64,000 bases of DNA from Verrucomicrobiales bacterium (GTDB lineage: Bacteria > Verrucomicrobiota > Verrucomicrobiia > Verrucomicrobiales > DEV007). The notes under the pieces were generated by a model. It saw only the letters and a list, made by a program, of their open reading frames with translations. It did not search any database and had not been told where the DNA came from. Location of the stretch: contig JARGNI010000012.1 of assembly GCA_029213195.1 (NCBI GenBank), positions 29,254 through 93,253 on the forward strand. The letters run 5' to 3'. Shown here piece after piece: positions 17,655 through 27,305 of this stretch (the stretch's first letter is position 1; each line of letters opens with the position of its first letter). The translations under genes and the position numbers were made by a program.

Positions 17655-20445
17655 CAGGAAGAAGTTGTGGAGTTAGGATTCATACGATAGGCGACCTGCC
17701 ATCTTTCCATGGTCTGATAGAGCATCATCACCACTCCGGCGACGACGAGGTAGACGCCAATATCGAAGATCAGGGGAGTTCCCAGCATCACCTTGCCCAC
17801 TGCAGGCAAAGTCAAGGAACCACCCCACAAGGCGGTCAGGTAGGGTTCACCAAAAAACCAGGCCGGAATACCTGACAAAACCGCAAAGGCAAGACCAACG
17901 ACCATGAGGGCTCCTGGTCCCAACCGAAACAAGCGAAGCGGTTTCGAAGGATGCGCAAGGTGTACCAGCACGGCGCCCATGGCGGCAACAAGCCCGCCAA
18001 TGAACCCACCTCCGGGCTCGTTGTGTCCTCTCAAAAGCAGATATACGGAAAACACGATCATGAGAGGCGCCGTGTAGCGAGCCGAGGCACCGAGGACCGG
18101 AGACCTTTCCATCGAACTGCCCCCCCCCCTGATACCCTTGTCCCCCAGCATCGCAAATACACCCAGGGCAGCGATTACGAGCACCGTGATCTCTCCCATG
18201 GTGTCAAGCGCCCGAAAATCGACAAGGATGACATTGACCACATTCTTTCCATAAGCCTCGGGAAGACTGATCGCGGCGAGATCGAGAGCCACCGCATCGG
18301 CGAGCTGAACGTCAAAAGCCTTGAGCGTCAGGAGGGTGAAACCAGTGCCGACGCAGATGGCGACGAAAAGCGCTCCCCAGCTTCGAGGATTCGGCGCGAC
18401 CTTCTCCTTCATCCCGGGAAGCCCGTAGATCGCGAGAGCAAAAAGCAGAAGAGTCAGGGTTTCAACGAGGATCTGGGTGATCGCGAGGTCGGGTGCTCCG
18501 TAGAGAGCAAAGAGGGCCGCGACTCCAAAACCGACACACCCAAGAAGGAAAATGGAGGTCATGCGACGGGTCGCTCGAACCGTAAGAACTCCCAATCCGA
18601 TGAGAAGGAGACCGAGGAGAAGAACCTCGAATCGAAACTCCCCTCTCGTTGGGAAGCTGGGAGAGTAGCCACTCAACCACCAGGCACCTCCCAGGGTGGC
18701 CATCGCAACGAGAAAGATGATGGTCAGGTAGACCGTGATATTTCCGGACTGGATCCCACGGGTGATCGCACCTGCTCCGCGAAGAAATCCGGCCAGTCCG
18801 GCCCGAAAGACCGCCACTCCGCTCCAACCGAGACGACGCCGGAGAAACTCCCCGAACCGCCACAGTGCATCTCGAAAGAAAAACAGGACGAGTCCTGAGA
18901 TGACGGTAATGAGACTGAGGAGAAGCACGAGATTGAATCCATGCCAGAGTTTGAGCTTTACCTCGAAGTCGAGAGCCGCGACCTGCTGCACCATCGCCTC
19001 GACCGGTTTCCCGAGAATCAGTCCCGGGAAGAGACCGAAAACGAGACTTCCGACACCGAGCAGGAGTGGTCCGATCCAGAATCCAATCCCACGGGGCTTC
19101 AGGTTCTTGAACTCTTCATTCCCCCTGGTCCCGAGGAAAGGCAGAAGCCCAACCTTGAGAGCGACCACCACATTCGCAGCATTCGCGACGAGGCCACAGA
19201 CGAGAAGAATCATCCCAATAGGAGGCTCCTCCAACTTCACCTCGTAGAGCAACTCCTTGGCGATGAAGCCGACGAAAGGTGGGAGACCTGACATCGAGAG
19301 TGCTGCCGCAACGGCTCCGATCCCGAGAAGAGGAAAGGTCCGGAGAAGACCTCGCAACTGGGCGATCTCCCGTGTGCCGGTCGCCTTCTCGATCGCACCG
19401 GCCACCATGAAGAGCGCCCCCTTGTAAAAGGCATGCACGATGAGAAACAACATCGCGGCCTTGATCGCGAGAGTGTTCTCCATCCCGAGCAACATCATCA
19501 GCGTGCCAAGAGCACTTACCGTAGAGAACGCGAGCAATCGCTTCAAATCCGTCTGCACCATCGCAACGAGAGCGGCCCAGGTCATGGTGATGGCTCCAAA
19601 TCCCATCAGGGTGAAGTGCCAGAGAGGTGTTGCCCCCAGCAAGGGGTGAACAATCGCGATGAGAAAGACCCCCGCCTTGACCATCGTCGCCGAGTGGAGG
19701 TAGGCGCTCACAGGCGCCGGAGCCGCCATCGCTCCAGGAAGCCAGAAATGAAAAGGAAACTGCGCCGACTTGGTGATGGCACCGATGAGGACACAGAGAA
19801 AGATGGCCGGATAAAGCGCATGCTCCTGGACCAACTCCCGAGCCTCGATCAGGGCTCCGAGTTGGTAGGTGCCCCCCACTTCTCCGAGCATGAGAACTCC
19901 GGCGAGGAACGCGACGCCGCCCCCGGCAGTGATCAGAAGAGCATCCAGGGCAGACTTTCTCGACTCCAGCTTTTCATGAAAATGTCCGATGAGGAGATAG
20001 CTCGAAATGGAAGTCAGCTCCCAGAAGATAAAAAGAACGAGGAGATTCTCCGAAACCGCAAGACCGAGCATCGCCCCAGCAAAGAGAAAGAGAAATCCCA
20101 TGAATCGCCCGATACGATCACTTCCCTTCAGGTAGGCAGCCGCATAGACGACGACGAGTGTGCCGATCCCGGTCACGAGGACGGCCAGCAGCAATCCCAC
20201 CGGAGAGATCCAGACATCCCCCAGTTCAACCCGATCCCCGGAGCCCAGGGCAAGCTCGCACGCCAGACTTCCCCCTTCCAGATCGGAGCAGAACCGGCAA
20301 GAAAATAGATGAAACCAACCGCTGGAATCAGCGCCCAGACCGCCGCGGGAACCCTCCCCCGAGCACCGCTCAAAAACGGGGCAAGAAGCGCCGTCGCGAA
20401 GAAGGCGACGAGAATCCACCAGGGCTGGAAACTTTCGTATAACAT
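17654..20445 (-). CDS. mrpA: Fused MrpA-MrpB antiporter subunit, split by a frameshift near 20,205-20,222 (sequencing error or pseudogene)
   Basis: The N-terminus [10 protein letters not shown]...WAPGIGLNW is in ORF 20173-20445. The remainder [19 protein letters not shown]...[32 protein letters not shown] and the MrpB part [13 protein letters not shown] is in ORF 17654-20419. Confidence 0.88.
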
Positions 20446-20474
20446 CGGAGAAGGTTACGTCGCGAAATCCTTCC

Positions 20475-20512
20475 GCTACAAATCAAACGTTGTAAAGCAC
20501 GAATTTTGTAGC
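20475..20512. promoter_or_regulatory. Candidate operator in the divergent mrp / wHTH intergenic region
   Basis: GCTACAAA (20475-20482) and TTTGTAGC (20505-20512) form an inverted repeat; inner TACAA-N8-TTGTA (20477-20494); region is AT-rich. Confidence 0.45.
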
Positions 20513-20609
20513 ATGTTTTTATTTATTGCTTTTTCTTGTTCCCGCGATTTACTATCCCAGAGAAGCATGTCTTTTTTCTCATAGCTTTCAACCCGAACCC
20601 CTCCCCGCG

Positions 20610-20957
20610 ATGAGCAACAGTCTAGAAGAGTCCGACAAAAATCAACTGCCCAGCATCGAGCGCCTCCTCACCGAACGACCGAAGTGGGGCTTCATGAGCA
20701 ATCACACCCACGTTCTCGTCTGCCTCTATCTCGATCCCGAGATGCGGCTCTCCGAGATCTCCTTCCGCGTGGGTCTGACTCTTCGAATCGTGCAGAAGAT
20801 CATCAAGGAACTTGCCGATGAAAAGGTCATCGCGATCGAGAAGATCGGCAGACGGAATCACTACCGGATCAATCTCGAGTATCGGCTCCGCCACCCTCTC
20901 GTCAAACAGCACACCGTCGGCGAACTCCTCGAAGTGGTGACCCGTACCGACAACTGA
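20610..20957 (+). CDS. Winged helix-turn-helix transcriptional regulator (ArsR/MarR-like)
   Basis: Start trimmed to MSNSLEE. WGFMSNHTHVL..L..DPEMRLSEI..RVGLT.R.VQKII.EL...GRRNHY...LRHP. Confidence 0.85.
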   Translation: MSNSLEESDKNQLPSIERLLTERPKWGFMSNHTHVLVCLYLDPEMRLSEISFRVGLTLRIVQKIIKELADEKVIAIEKIGRRNHYRINLEYRLRHPLVKQHTVGELLEVVTRTDN

Positions 20958-20964
20958 CTCTCAG

Positions 20965-21798
20965 ATGAGTTCAGATGATCTTCACCTCCTTCGAAAAGGA
21001 AGGGACATAGCGCCGTGGCGTCTTCGACTGGCCGAGTGGGTCGAGTCGAAACCGGTCCAACGGGTTGTCCTGATCGCGATCCTCGTCAACGCGGTCGTTC
21101 TTGGACTCTACATCGACCCGAGCCTCGGCGAATCACTTGATCCGCTCTGGCATGCCATCGATGTGGGATGTCTGGTTCTCTTCACGATCGAGATTGTGCT
21201 GAAACTCATCGCCTACCGTGGGACCTTCTTCCGAAGCGGCTGGAACGTGTTTGATTTCATCGTCGTTGGAATCGCTCTCGTCCCGGGAAATGGCGCGCTC
21301 TCCGTCCTGCGGACACTCCGCGTGCTTCGGGTTCTTCGAGTTCTCACGGTAGTCCCGAGCCTGAGACGAGTCGTTGCGGCCTTTATTCATGCTATTCCCG
21401 GGCTCAGCAGCGTGGTCGCGGTGATGAGTATTTTCTTCTACGCAGCCGCGGTCATGGCTGTCGGTTTTTTTGGAGAAACCCATCCCGACTGGTTCGGGAC
21501 GATCGGCAAGAGTCTCTACAGCCTGTTCCAGATCATGACCCTGGAAAGTTGGTCCATGGGAATTGTCCGCCCCGTCATGGAATCCCATCCCTATGCGTGG
21601 GCATTTTTCGTTCCCTTCATCATCCTCGCGACCTTCACGATCCTGAATCTCTTCATCGGGATCATCGTCTCAACGATGCAGGAGCTCTCGGTCTTGCCCG
21701 ATCCGGATTCCCCCAACCCCGAGACATTCGAACTGCTGACCCGGATCGAGGAAGACCTGACCCAGCTGCGCCAGCAATTGGACCGGGAGAAGAAGTGA
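20965..21798 (+). CDS. Bacterial voltage-gated sodium channel (BacNav, 6TM ion transporter)
   Basis: WNVFDFIVV (S3); S4 with four Arg (LRTLRVLRVLR); pore filter FQIMTLESWSMGIVRP; S6 NLFIGII; C-terminal coiled coil. Confidence 0.93.
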   Translation: MSSDDLHLLRKGRDIAPWRLRLAEWVESKPVQRVVLIAILVNAVVLGLYIDPSLGESLDPLWHAIDVGCLVLFTIEIVLKLIAYRGTFFRSGWNVFDFIVVGIALVPGNGALSVLRTLRVLRVLRVLTVVPSLRRVVAAFIHAIPGLSSVVAVMSIFFYAAAVMAVGFFGETHPDWFGTIGKSLYSLFQIMTLESWSMGIVRPVMESHPYAWAFFVPFIILATFTILNLFIGIIVSTMQELSVLPDPDSPNPETFELLTRIEEDLTQLRQQLDREKK

Positions 21799-21817
21799 GA
21801 GCCTGCCAGGTCGACTT

Positions 21818-22225
21818 TCAACCCTCCTTGCGGGAGCGCTGCAGCCACTGTGCGATGACCATGCCGAGCGCCATGGTCGGCACGAAAACCAGAGCCTCCA
21901 TACGAATCGCCCCCAGGTTGGCAATGGCGGGTCCCGGACAGAAACCGCCGAGTCCCCATCCAACGCCGAACAGAATCGACCCCACGATCAGTGAGCGGGA
22001 GACCGGCTCTTCCGGATTCCCGGGGAGTCCGAGCTTCTGCTTCAGGAAAAAATAGCCCATGCCGAAAACGAGGAGGGCTCCCGCCATGACAAATGCGAGT
22101 GTCGGATCCCAGTCCCCGGCAAGGTCGAGGAAGTCAGTCACCCGCTTGGGGTCGGTCATTCCGGAAAGAGCAAGCCCTGCTCCGAAAAGGAGCCCGGAAA
22201 GAAAGACCAGAGCTCCTTTCTTCAT
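21818..22225 (-). CDS. YeeE/YedE family sulfur-transport membrane protein (second half)
   Basis: SGLLFGAGL.LSGMTDP..V..FLD..G.WDP; FGVGWGLGGFCPGP. Confidence 0.88.
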   Translation of the reverse strand: MKKGALVFLSGLLFGAGLALSGMTDPKRVTDFLDLAGDWDPTLAFVMAGALLVFGMGYFFLKQKLGLPGNPEEPVSRSLIVGSILFGVGWGLGGFCPGPAIANLGAIRMEALVFVPTMALGMVIAQWLQRSRKEG

Positions 22226-22653
22226 ACCGAGCCTCCCAGGATTCTGAAGAGATAGACCGTAACGAAGCCGGCGATCATGAATACACCCGTCGCCAGCATG
22301 GAATCGCGAGCGCCCATTCCAGTGCCGCAGACTCCATGACCACTGGTGCAGCCCCCTCCGTATCGTGTCCCGAAACCGACGATCAATCCGGCAATGGCGT
22401 AGAGCAAGAGACCGCGCCCTTCCGGGATGCGATAGACGGCCACTGCATCGGACAAGAAAATCAGCAGACCTGCGCCCGCGATCAGGCCGACGAGAAAAAC
22501 AACCCTCCAGGAGCGATCCTCGGTATCAGATATCAAGAGACGTCCAAAGACCCCCGAGATCCCAGGGATCTTCTTCGTCACAATGAGCCCGATCAAACTC
22601 GAGAGTCCAATCAGGACGCCTCCAGCGAGACCGAAAATATAGGATGATTCCAT
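22222..22653 (-). CDS. YeeE/YedE family sulfur-transport membrane protein (first half)
   Basis: GGVLIG, GISG, GFGTRYGGGCTSGHGVCG. Confidence 0.88.
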   Translation of the reverse strand: MESSYIFGLAGGVLIGLSSLIGLIVTKKIPGISGVFGRLLISDTEDRSWRVVFLVGLIAGAGLLIFLSDAVAVYRIPEGRGLLLYAIAGLIVGFGTRYGGGCTSGHGVCGTGMGARDSMLATGVFMIAGFVTVYLFRILGGSV

Positions 22654-22824
22654 TCTTCCAAACAGATCAGGGATTCGATTTGGGTCAAGTCTTTCGAATC
22701 CTTTCTCATCACGGAAGGTTCACCATTTTCCGAACGACTTGCATGGAAACGCTGGCGGGATTCACGCACGGCAAAAACGCACGTTGGATAACCCGGCGGT
22801 CGCCTCGCCCCTGTCATATGCCAC

Positions 22825-25800
22825 TTGCAGGATACGCACAGAATTCCCATACTCGACCCTGTGCATTCAAAAACCTTCAGCCGATCGAAGGAACACCCTC
22901 AGCAGCAGGGCGCGGCGATTATTCTACTCCTCGTGATCGTCGCGCTGATCACCATTCTCCTCCTCTCGCTGATTGTCCTGGTCGATTCGGAAAACCGTTC
23001 CTCAAAGGCATTCGAAGAGAGCATCGCAGCGAGGAATCTCTCGGACTACCCGACCAATCTCGTCATCGCCCAGATTCGAGAGGCCACCGACAGCGACCTG
23101 GGCAACCGAACCTGGGCATCACAACCGGGAGCGATCCGTACGTTTGGGACACAGATCGATCCCAGCACCGGCAGGGCCGGTCTCGAGAAGATTTACAAGC
23201 TGTATTCTTCCCCTCAAATGATCGAGGGGGCGACCTTCGATCCTACCTCGGAGATTCCGCCGGAGAACTGGACCTCCCTTCCGGATCAGTTTACCGATCT
23301 GAACGAACCGGTCCTCGTAGAAGGCTTGGATTCGCCAGAATATGTATTCCCCATCATCGACCCTGCGGCGCTTGATTTCGGGGTCGAGGGATTTCAGGTC
23401 GAAGGAGCACCCGGGACGACCGAAAGACAGCCGGTCCCGATGCCGACGAGATGGATCTACATCCTTGAGGACGGAAACTTTGCCGTTCCCGATGAGACTA
23501 CTTCCGGCGAGACCAAGACCACCTTCTCAGGAGGCAGTGCCCCATCTCTTGAGAATCCCATCGTAGGTCGGATCGCCTTCTGGACGGACGACGAATCATC
23601 GAAGGTCAACATCAATACCGCTTCGGAAGGCGTCGTTTGGGACATGCCGCGGGCGAACTCTCACTACGACGCCTACAACTTTGCGGACAAGCAACCGGTG
23701 CAAAACGAATTCCAGCGATTCCCCGGCCACCCGGCGACGACCTCGCTCAGCCCCGCGCTACGAGGATGGCTTGGAGACGATCCTGCCACCTACTACCAGC
23801 TTTCTCCCTTTGTCCAAAATGGTGGGTCCTTCGGGGGGACCCAGAATGTGGATCAAAACACCCCACCGGTGGAACTCGATTCCGACAGGCTCTTCGCCAC
23901 GATCGACGAGTTTGCCTTTGATGCGGGCAAAATCAGCTCGGGAAATCGAGAGCCAAGCCATCCGGCCATCTCCGATGAGTTTCTCAAAGCGACACGATTC
24001 TTCCTCACGGCTCACAGCCGGGCACCGGATGTCACGCTATTCGACACTCCAAAGATCAATCTCTGGCCGATCCAGAAAGAGCCTGAACACCGGAACGCCA
24101 TCGATCGTCTCCAGGCATTCTGTTCTGAAATGAGGTCCGCGGATACCCGCCTCCCCTATTACTTCCAACGTTCACGAGTCCACGATCTCTCCGATTCGAC
24201 CGCGGGCCATGGCAGCAGTCAGAGCCCCAGCGAAGACTACGCAGCTATCCCGCGAAACCAGGAACTCTTCTCCTATCTCCAGGGATTGACCGAGCGCGAC
24301 GTGCCTGGGTTTGGCCAGAATTTTCGCTCCAAGTATCCGGATGACCGTGACCAGATTCTCACCCAGATCGTCGACTACTGTCGATCGGGGCTGAATACCA
24401 TGGCCTATGGCTTGCCTACCGAGGCAAGTGCGGAAGGCTACGTCTACTCCCCACCACGCACTCCCGGAGCCCAGAGTGGCCCGCTCGGAGAAGGGCAAAT
24501 CATCCCCCTGCAGATTGACGACTCCAGAGGTTTTGGAAGGAGCATCACCATTACAGAAGCCGCCCTCGTCCTCCATCCCGTCGCTCATGAAGAGGACCCC
24601 GATCTCGATATTCGCTATCCCGGCAAGCAAGGGAACCACCCGCTGTATCGCGCCACCGAGTTCAAAGCTTTCCTGATGGTGGAATTCTTTTGTGCCTCGC
24701 CTGGCCTGCCCTCGTGGAGCCCCTATCTCAACATCACCGTAAAGGGTATGGAAAAATGGAGTGTCGCGGGACGCTCTCTCCAACTTCCCGCGGAGTCCAC
24801 GCTCGTCACCCACTCCCCGATTGGTGAACTACCCATCCTGAATCGAGTCGGCAAGGGACACTCCTGTGCCCACATGAACCTGCTCCAACCCTTCTTTTTC
24901 ATGGATGAAGACGATCCGCCGAACAACCGGAGACCAAAAACTCGGGACATGGAAAGTTTTGACCCCATCCGCGGATACCCCTGGCGGTCGACCGGCCCCG
25001 TCTTGGCTCCGACCGACGTGGAAACGGCCGAGTTTTCGGGAGGCCCCATCGAGATTGAAATTTCTTCCGCCGCCGACTCGGACGTGTCCCAGACCATCCG
25101 CATGGATTTCCCCGCGACGACAATTCCCCTTCCCTACGTCTGGAGCCATTTTTCCAACTTCGACGGCTCCGGAAAACCAACTCGCGATCCGGAGCAAGTC
25201 GAGACCTCCCTCCGCGAACGCATCCGCAGATCGGGCTCGAACCACTGGCACGAGTTCCTCATTCGCCCGGGCGACACCGTCCGCTCCATGGAGGCAGCCA
25301 GTGCCATGAAGGAAGGAGGAGACTCGCTGCCCGGCGGCGATCTCCGCTTCTTCGCCGCTCGCAAGGAAGTGCCCGCGAGTTGGTTCACAAAAGGGGGCGC
25401 AGAAGGAGAGTATGATGATGAAACGCGGCGCTTTGCCCATGGACTGCGAAACGGGGATTTCTGGCAATACTGGGGGCACTTCTGCAGCGAAGAGAGACGC
25501 GACAGCGGTCTTGATGCGATCAACGGAGACCGCCATGGAAACGTCCGACTCCGAAATCCCTACTTCCGTTCCTCGTCCTGGAAAGTGGGCGGGAGCCTCC
25601 TCTCGGGCACCAGCGGATACAGTGGCCCGGAGAAGAAGAAACTCTACCGAGATGCCCACCCCGTCGTCGCAAGGGGCCTCACCGAAGCTCTCCGTCGCGA
25701 TGGCAGACCGGGAGACTGGGATCAGGGATTCGGAAATACAGAGGACGGTGCATTCATCAACAAACCAGACGAAAGCAACGCCTCGAAGAAATATTGGAAC

Positions 25801-26814
25801 TGGGGAGGAAACTATCACTCCGGAGGTTATTTTCGACGAGGCAACTTCGACATCGACCCGGACGGCAACAACCATGCCCCCAACCGGCAGATCGCCTCCG
25901 CGGTGCAGTTCGGATCGCTGCCGACCGGAATCTACTCCATGAGGCCCTGGGAGACTCTCCTGTTCTGCCCCAATCCAGCCGGCCGGGTTACCGATGCCGG
26001 CAGTGAACCCCAGGCAGAGGATCATATCGGATTCTCCTTCCCGAGAGACCATCTCCTTCTCGACCTCTTCTGGATGCCCGTGACCCAGCCCTATGCCATC
26101 AGCGAACCTTTCTCGACTGCAGGAAAGGTGAACATGAACTACGAGATCCTCCCTTTCTCCTACATTCATCGCCGCACCGCTATCCTTTCCGCTCTTGAAT
26201 CGGTCTCGGTGATCGCCATCCCAGAGATTGCCCTGGCGCGTCACCCTTATGGATGCATCAAGGGAGGAAGAGATCAGGCCCACCGGCTCGAAGTGAGGTA
26301 TGGGGTCTCCACCGATGAGGAAACCGGGACTCTCAGGGGCTTTGAAAAACGCTTTGCATCGGGAGACGTATTTCGCTCGCCTTCCGAAATCTGCGAAATC
26401 TATCTGGTTCCGGAGCCAGTGGAATCTCGAAATCCCCCCGCGCCAGCTGCCACTCCCAGAGAATACGAATCGATGCAGGATTGGTGGAACGAGTTTCGAG
26501 CCACAGGAGACAATGCTCGGGAGATGCCCTACAACCAGCTCTATCCCCGGTTGACGACGCAATCCAACGTCTACCGGATCCACTATCGTGTGCAGGCCCT
26601 GACCAAGGCTCGCGGCACCCAGCCCGACGTCTGGGATCGAGAACTCGATTCCGTCGCCTCCGAGTTCCGCGGCTCCAGCCTCGTGGAAAGATACATCGAC
26701 CCCAATGATCCGGAGATCCCGGATTTTGCCGATCCTGCCACGAAGGACAAACCACAATCCCTTAGCCCACACTATCGGTTCAGAATCATCCAGAAACGAC
26801 GGTTTGCCAAATGA
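22825..26814 (+). CDS. vccA: Verru_Chthon cassette protein A (large PilX/GspK-like protein)
   Basis: 1329 aa, TTG start. QQGAAIILLL prepilin-like helix; motifs WASQPGAIR, GRIAFWTDDESSKVNINTAS, QNEFQRFPGHPATT, FLTAHSRAP, D.LLLDLFWMP, STAGKVNMNY, SEFRGSSLVERYIDPND. Confidence 0.88.
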   Translation: MQDTHRIPILDPVHSKTFSRSKEHPQQQGAAIILLLVIVALITILLLSLIVLVDSENRSSKAFEESIAARNLSDYPTNLVIAQIREATDSDLGNRTWASQPGAIRTFGTQIDPSTGRAGLEKIYKLYSSPQMIEGATFDPTSEIPPENWTSLPDQFTDLNEPVLVEGLDSPEYVFPIIDPAALDFGVEGFQVEGAPGTTERQPVPMPTRWIYILEDGNFAVPDETTSGETKTTFSGGSAPSLENPIVGRIAFWTDDESSKVNINTASEGVVWDMPRANSHYDAYNFADKQPVQNEFQRFPGHPATTSLSPALRGWLGDDPATYYQLSPFVQNGGSFGGTQNVDQNTPPVELDSDRLFATIDEFAFDAGKISSGNREPSHPAISDEFLKATRFFLTAHSRAPDVTLFDTPKINLWPIQKEPEHRNAIDRLQAFCSEMRSADTRLPYYFQRSRVHDLSDSTAGHGSSQSPSEDYAAIPRNQELFSYLQGLTERDVPGFGQNFRSKYPDDRDQILTQIVDYCRSGLNTMAYGLPTEASAEGYVYSPPRTPGAQSGPLGEGQIIPLQIDDSRGFGRSITITEAALVLHPVAHEEDPDLDIRYPGKQGNHPLYRATEFKAFLMVEFFCASPGLPSWSPYLNITVKGMEKWSVAGRSLQLPAESTLVTHSPIGELPILNRVGKGHSCAHMNLLQPFFFMDEDDPPNNRRPKTRDMESFDPIRGYPWRSTGPVLAPTDVETAEFSGGPIEIEISSAADSDVSQTIRMDFPATTIPLPYVWSHFSNFDGSGKPTRDPEQVETSLRERIRRSGSNHWHEFLIRPGDTVRSMEAASAMKEGGDSLPGGDLRFFAARKEVPASWFTKGGAEGEYDDETRRFAHGLRNGDFWQYWGHFCSEERRDSGLDAINGDRHGNVRLRNPYFRSSSWKVGGSLLSGTSGYSGPEKKKLYRDAHPVVARGLTEALRRDGRPGDWDQGFGNTEDGAFINKPDESNASKKYWNWGGNYHSGGYFRRGNFDIDPDGNNHAPNRQIASAVQFGSLPTGIYSMRPWETLLFCPNPAGRVTDAGSEPQAEDHIGFSFPRDHLLLDLFWMPVTQPYAISEPFSTAGKVNMNYEILPFSYIHRRTAILSALESVSVIAIPEIALARHPYGCIKGGRDQAHRLEVRYGVSTDEETGTLRGFEKRFASGDVFRSPSEICEIYLVPEPVESRNPPAPAATPREYESMQDWWNEFRATGDNAREMPYNQLYPRLTTQSNVYRIHYRVQALTKARGTQPDVWDRELDSVASEFRGSSLVERYIDPNDPEIPDFADPATKDKPQSLSPHYRFRIIQKRRFAK

Positions 26815-27305
26815 GAGACCCGATACCAAACCCGCCCAGCCGTTGCGGCCTCACTCTCATCGAGGTCGCCCTGTCCCTCGCCATCGCAGCGATGGTTCTG
26901 ACCATCCTCGCCGGGACCCTGGGCTCGACGGTCGAGTTTGCGGCCGAAGGTTTCGATCGGTTCGCCATGGCCCGCATCTCGCAAACTCTTTCTGACGAGA
27001 ATCGCATGCTCGATTGGAACCAGCTCGGGACCGAGATTCAGGATGGGGAGATCTTTTTCTTCGACGAACGGGGAAGGAGACTGGACTCGAAGTCGGAAGA
27101 AGCGGTCTATGCGGCTCGACTCCGGCTCGTCGACAGTCCTGTTCTTCCGGGCTCGGTCGAAAGCGATCATCTGAAGAGACTCATGATCGAAGTCTCGGCT
27201 CGAGGTCGCGCCGAGGACCCTTTTGCGGCTCTTCACCCTGTCCGCCGCTTCGCTTCCCTTTATACCCGAATGGAATCGGTTCCCTCCACCTCGAAAGGAG
27301 AATGA
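26811..27305 (+). CDS. vccB: Verru_Chthon cassette protein B (PilV/GspI-like prepilin)
   Basis: CG|LTLIEVALSL class III signal-like motif; FFFDERG; overlaps the vccA stop. Confidence 0.82.
   Translation: MRDPIPNPPSRCGLTLIEVALSLAIAAMVLTILAGTLGSTVEFAAEGFDRFAMARISQTLSDENRMLDWNQLGTEIQDGEIFFFDERGRRLDSKSEEAVYAARLRLVDSPVLPGSVESDHLKRLMIEVSARGRAEDPFAALHPVRRFASLYTRMESVPSTSKGE

Noticed and set aside
24829-26829. 666-aa antisense ORF within vccA (similar long antisense ORFs at 33095-34303, 44314-45717, 53139-54602 and 58470-59750)
   Set aside because: Typical stop-poor antisense frames in GC-rich coding DNA; no recognisable motifs, and the sense genes are clearly real.
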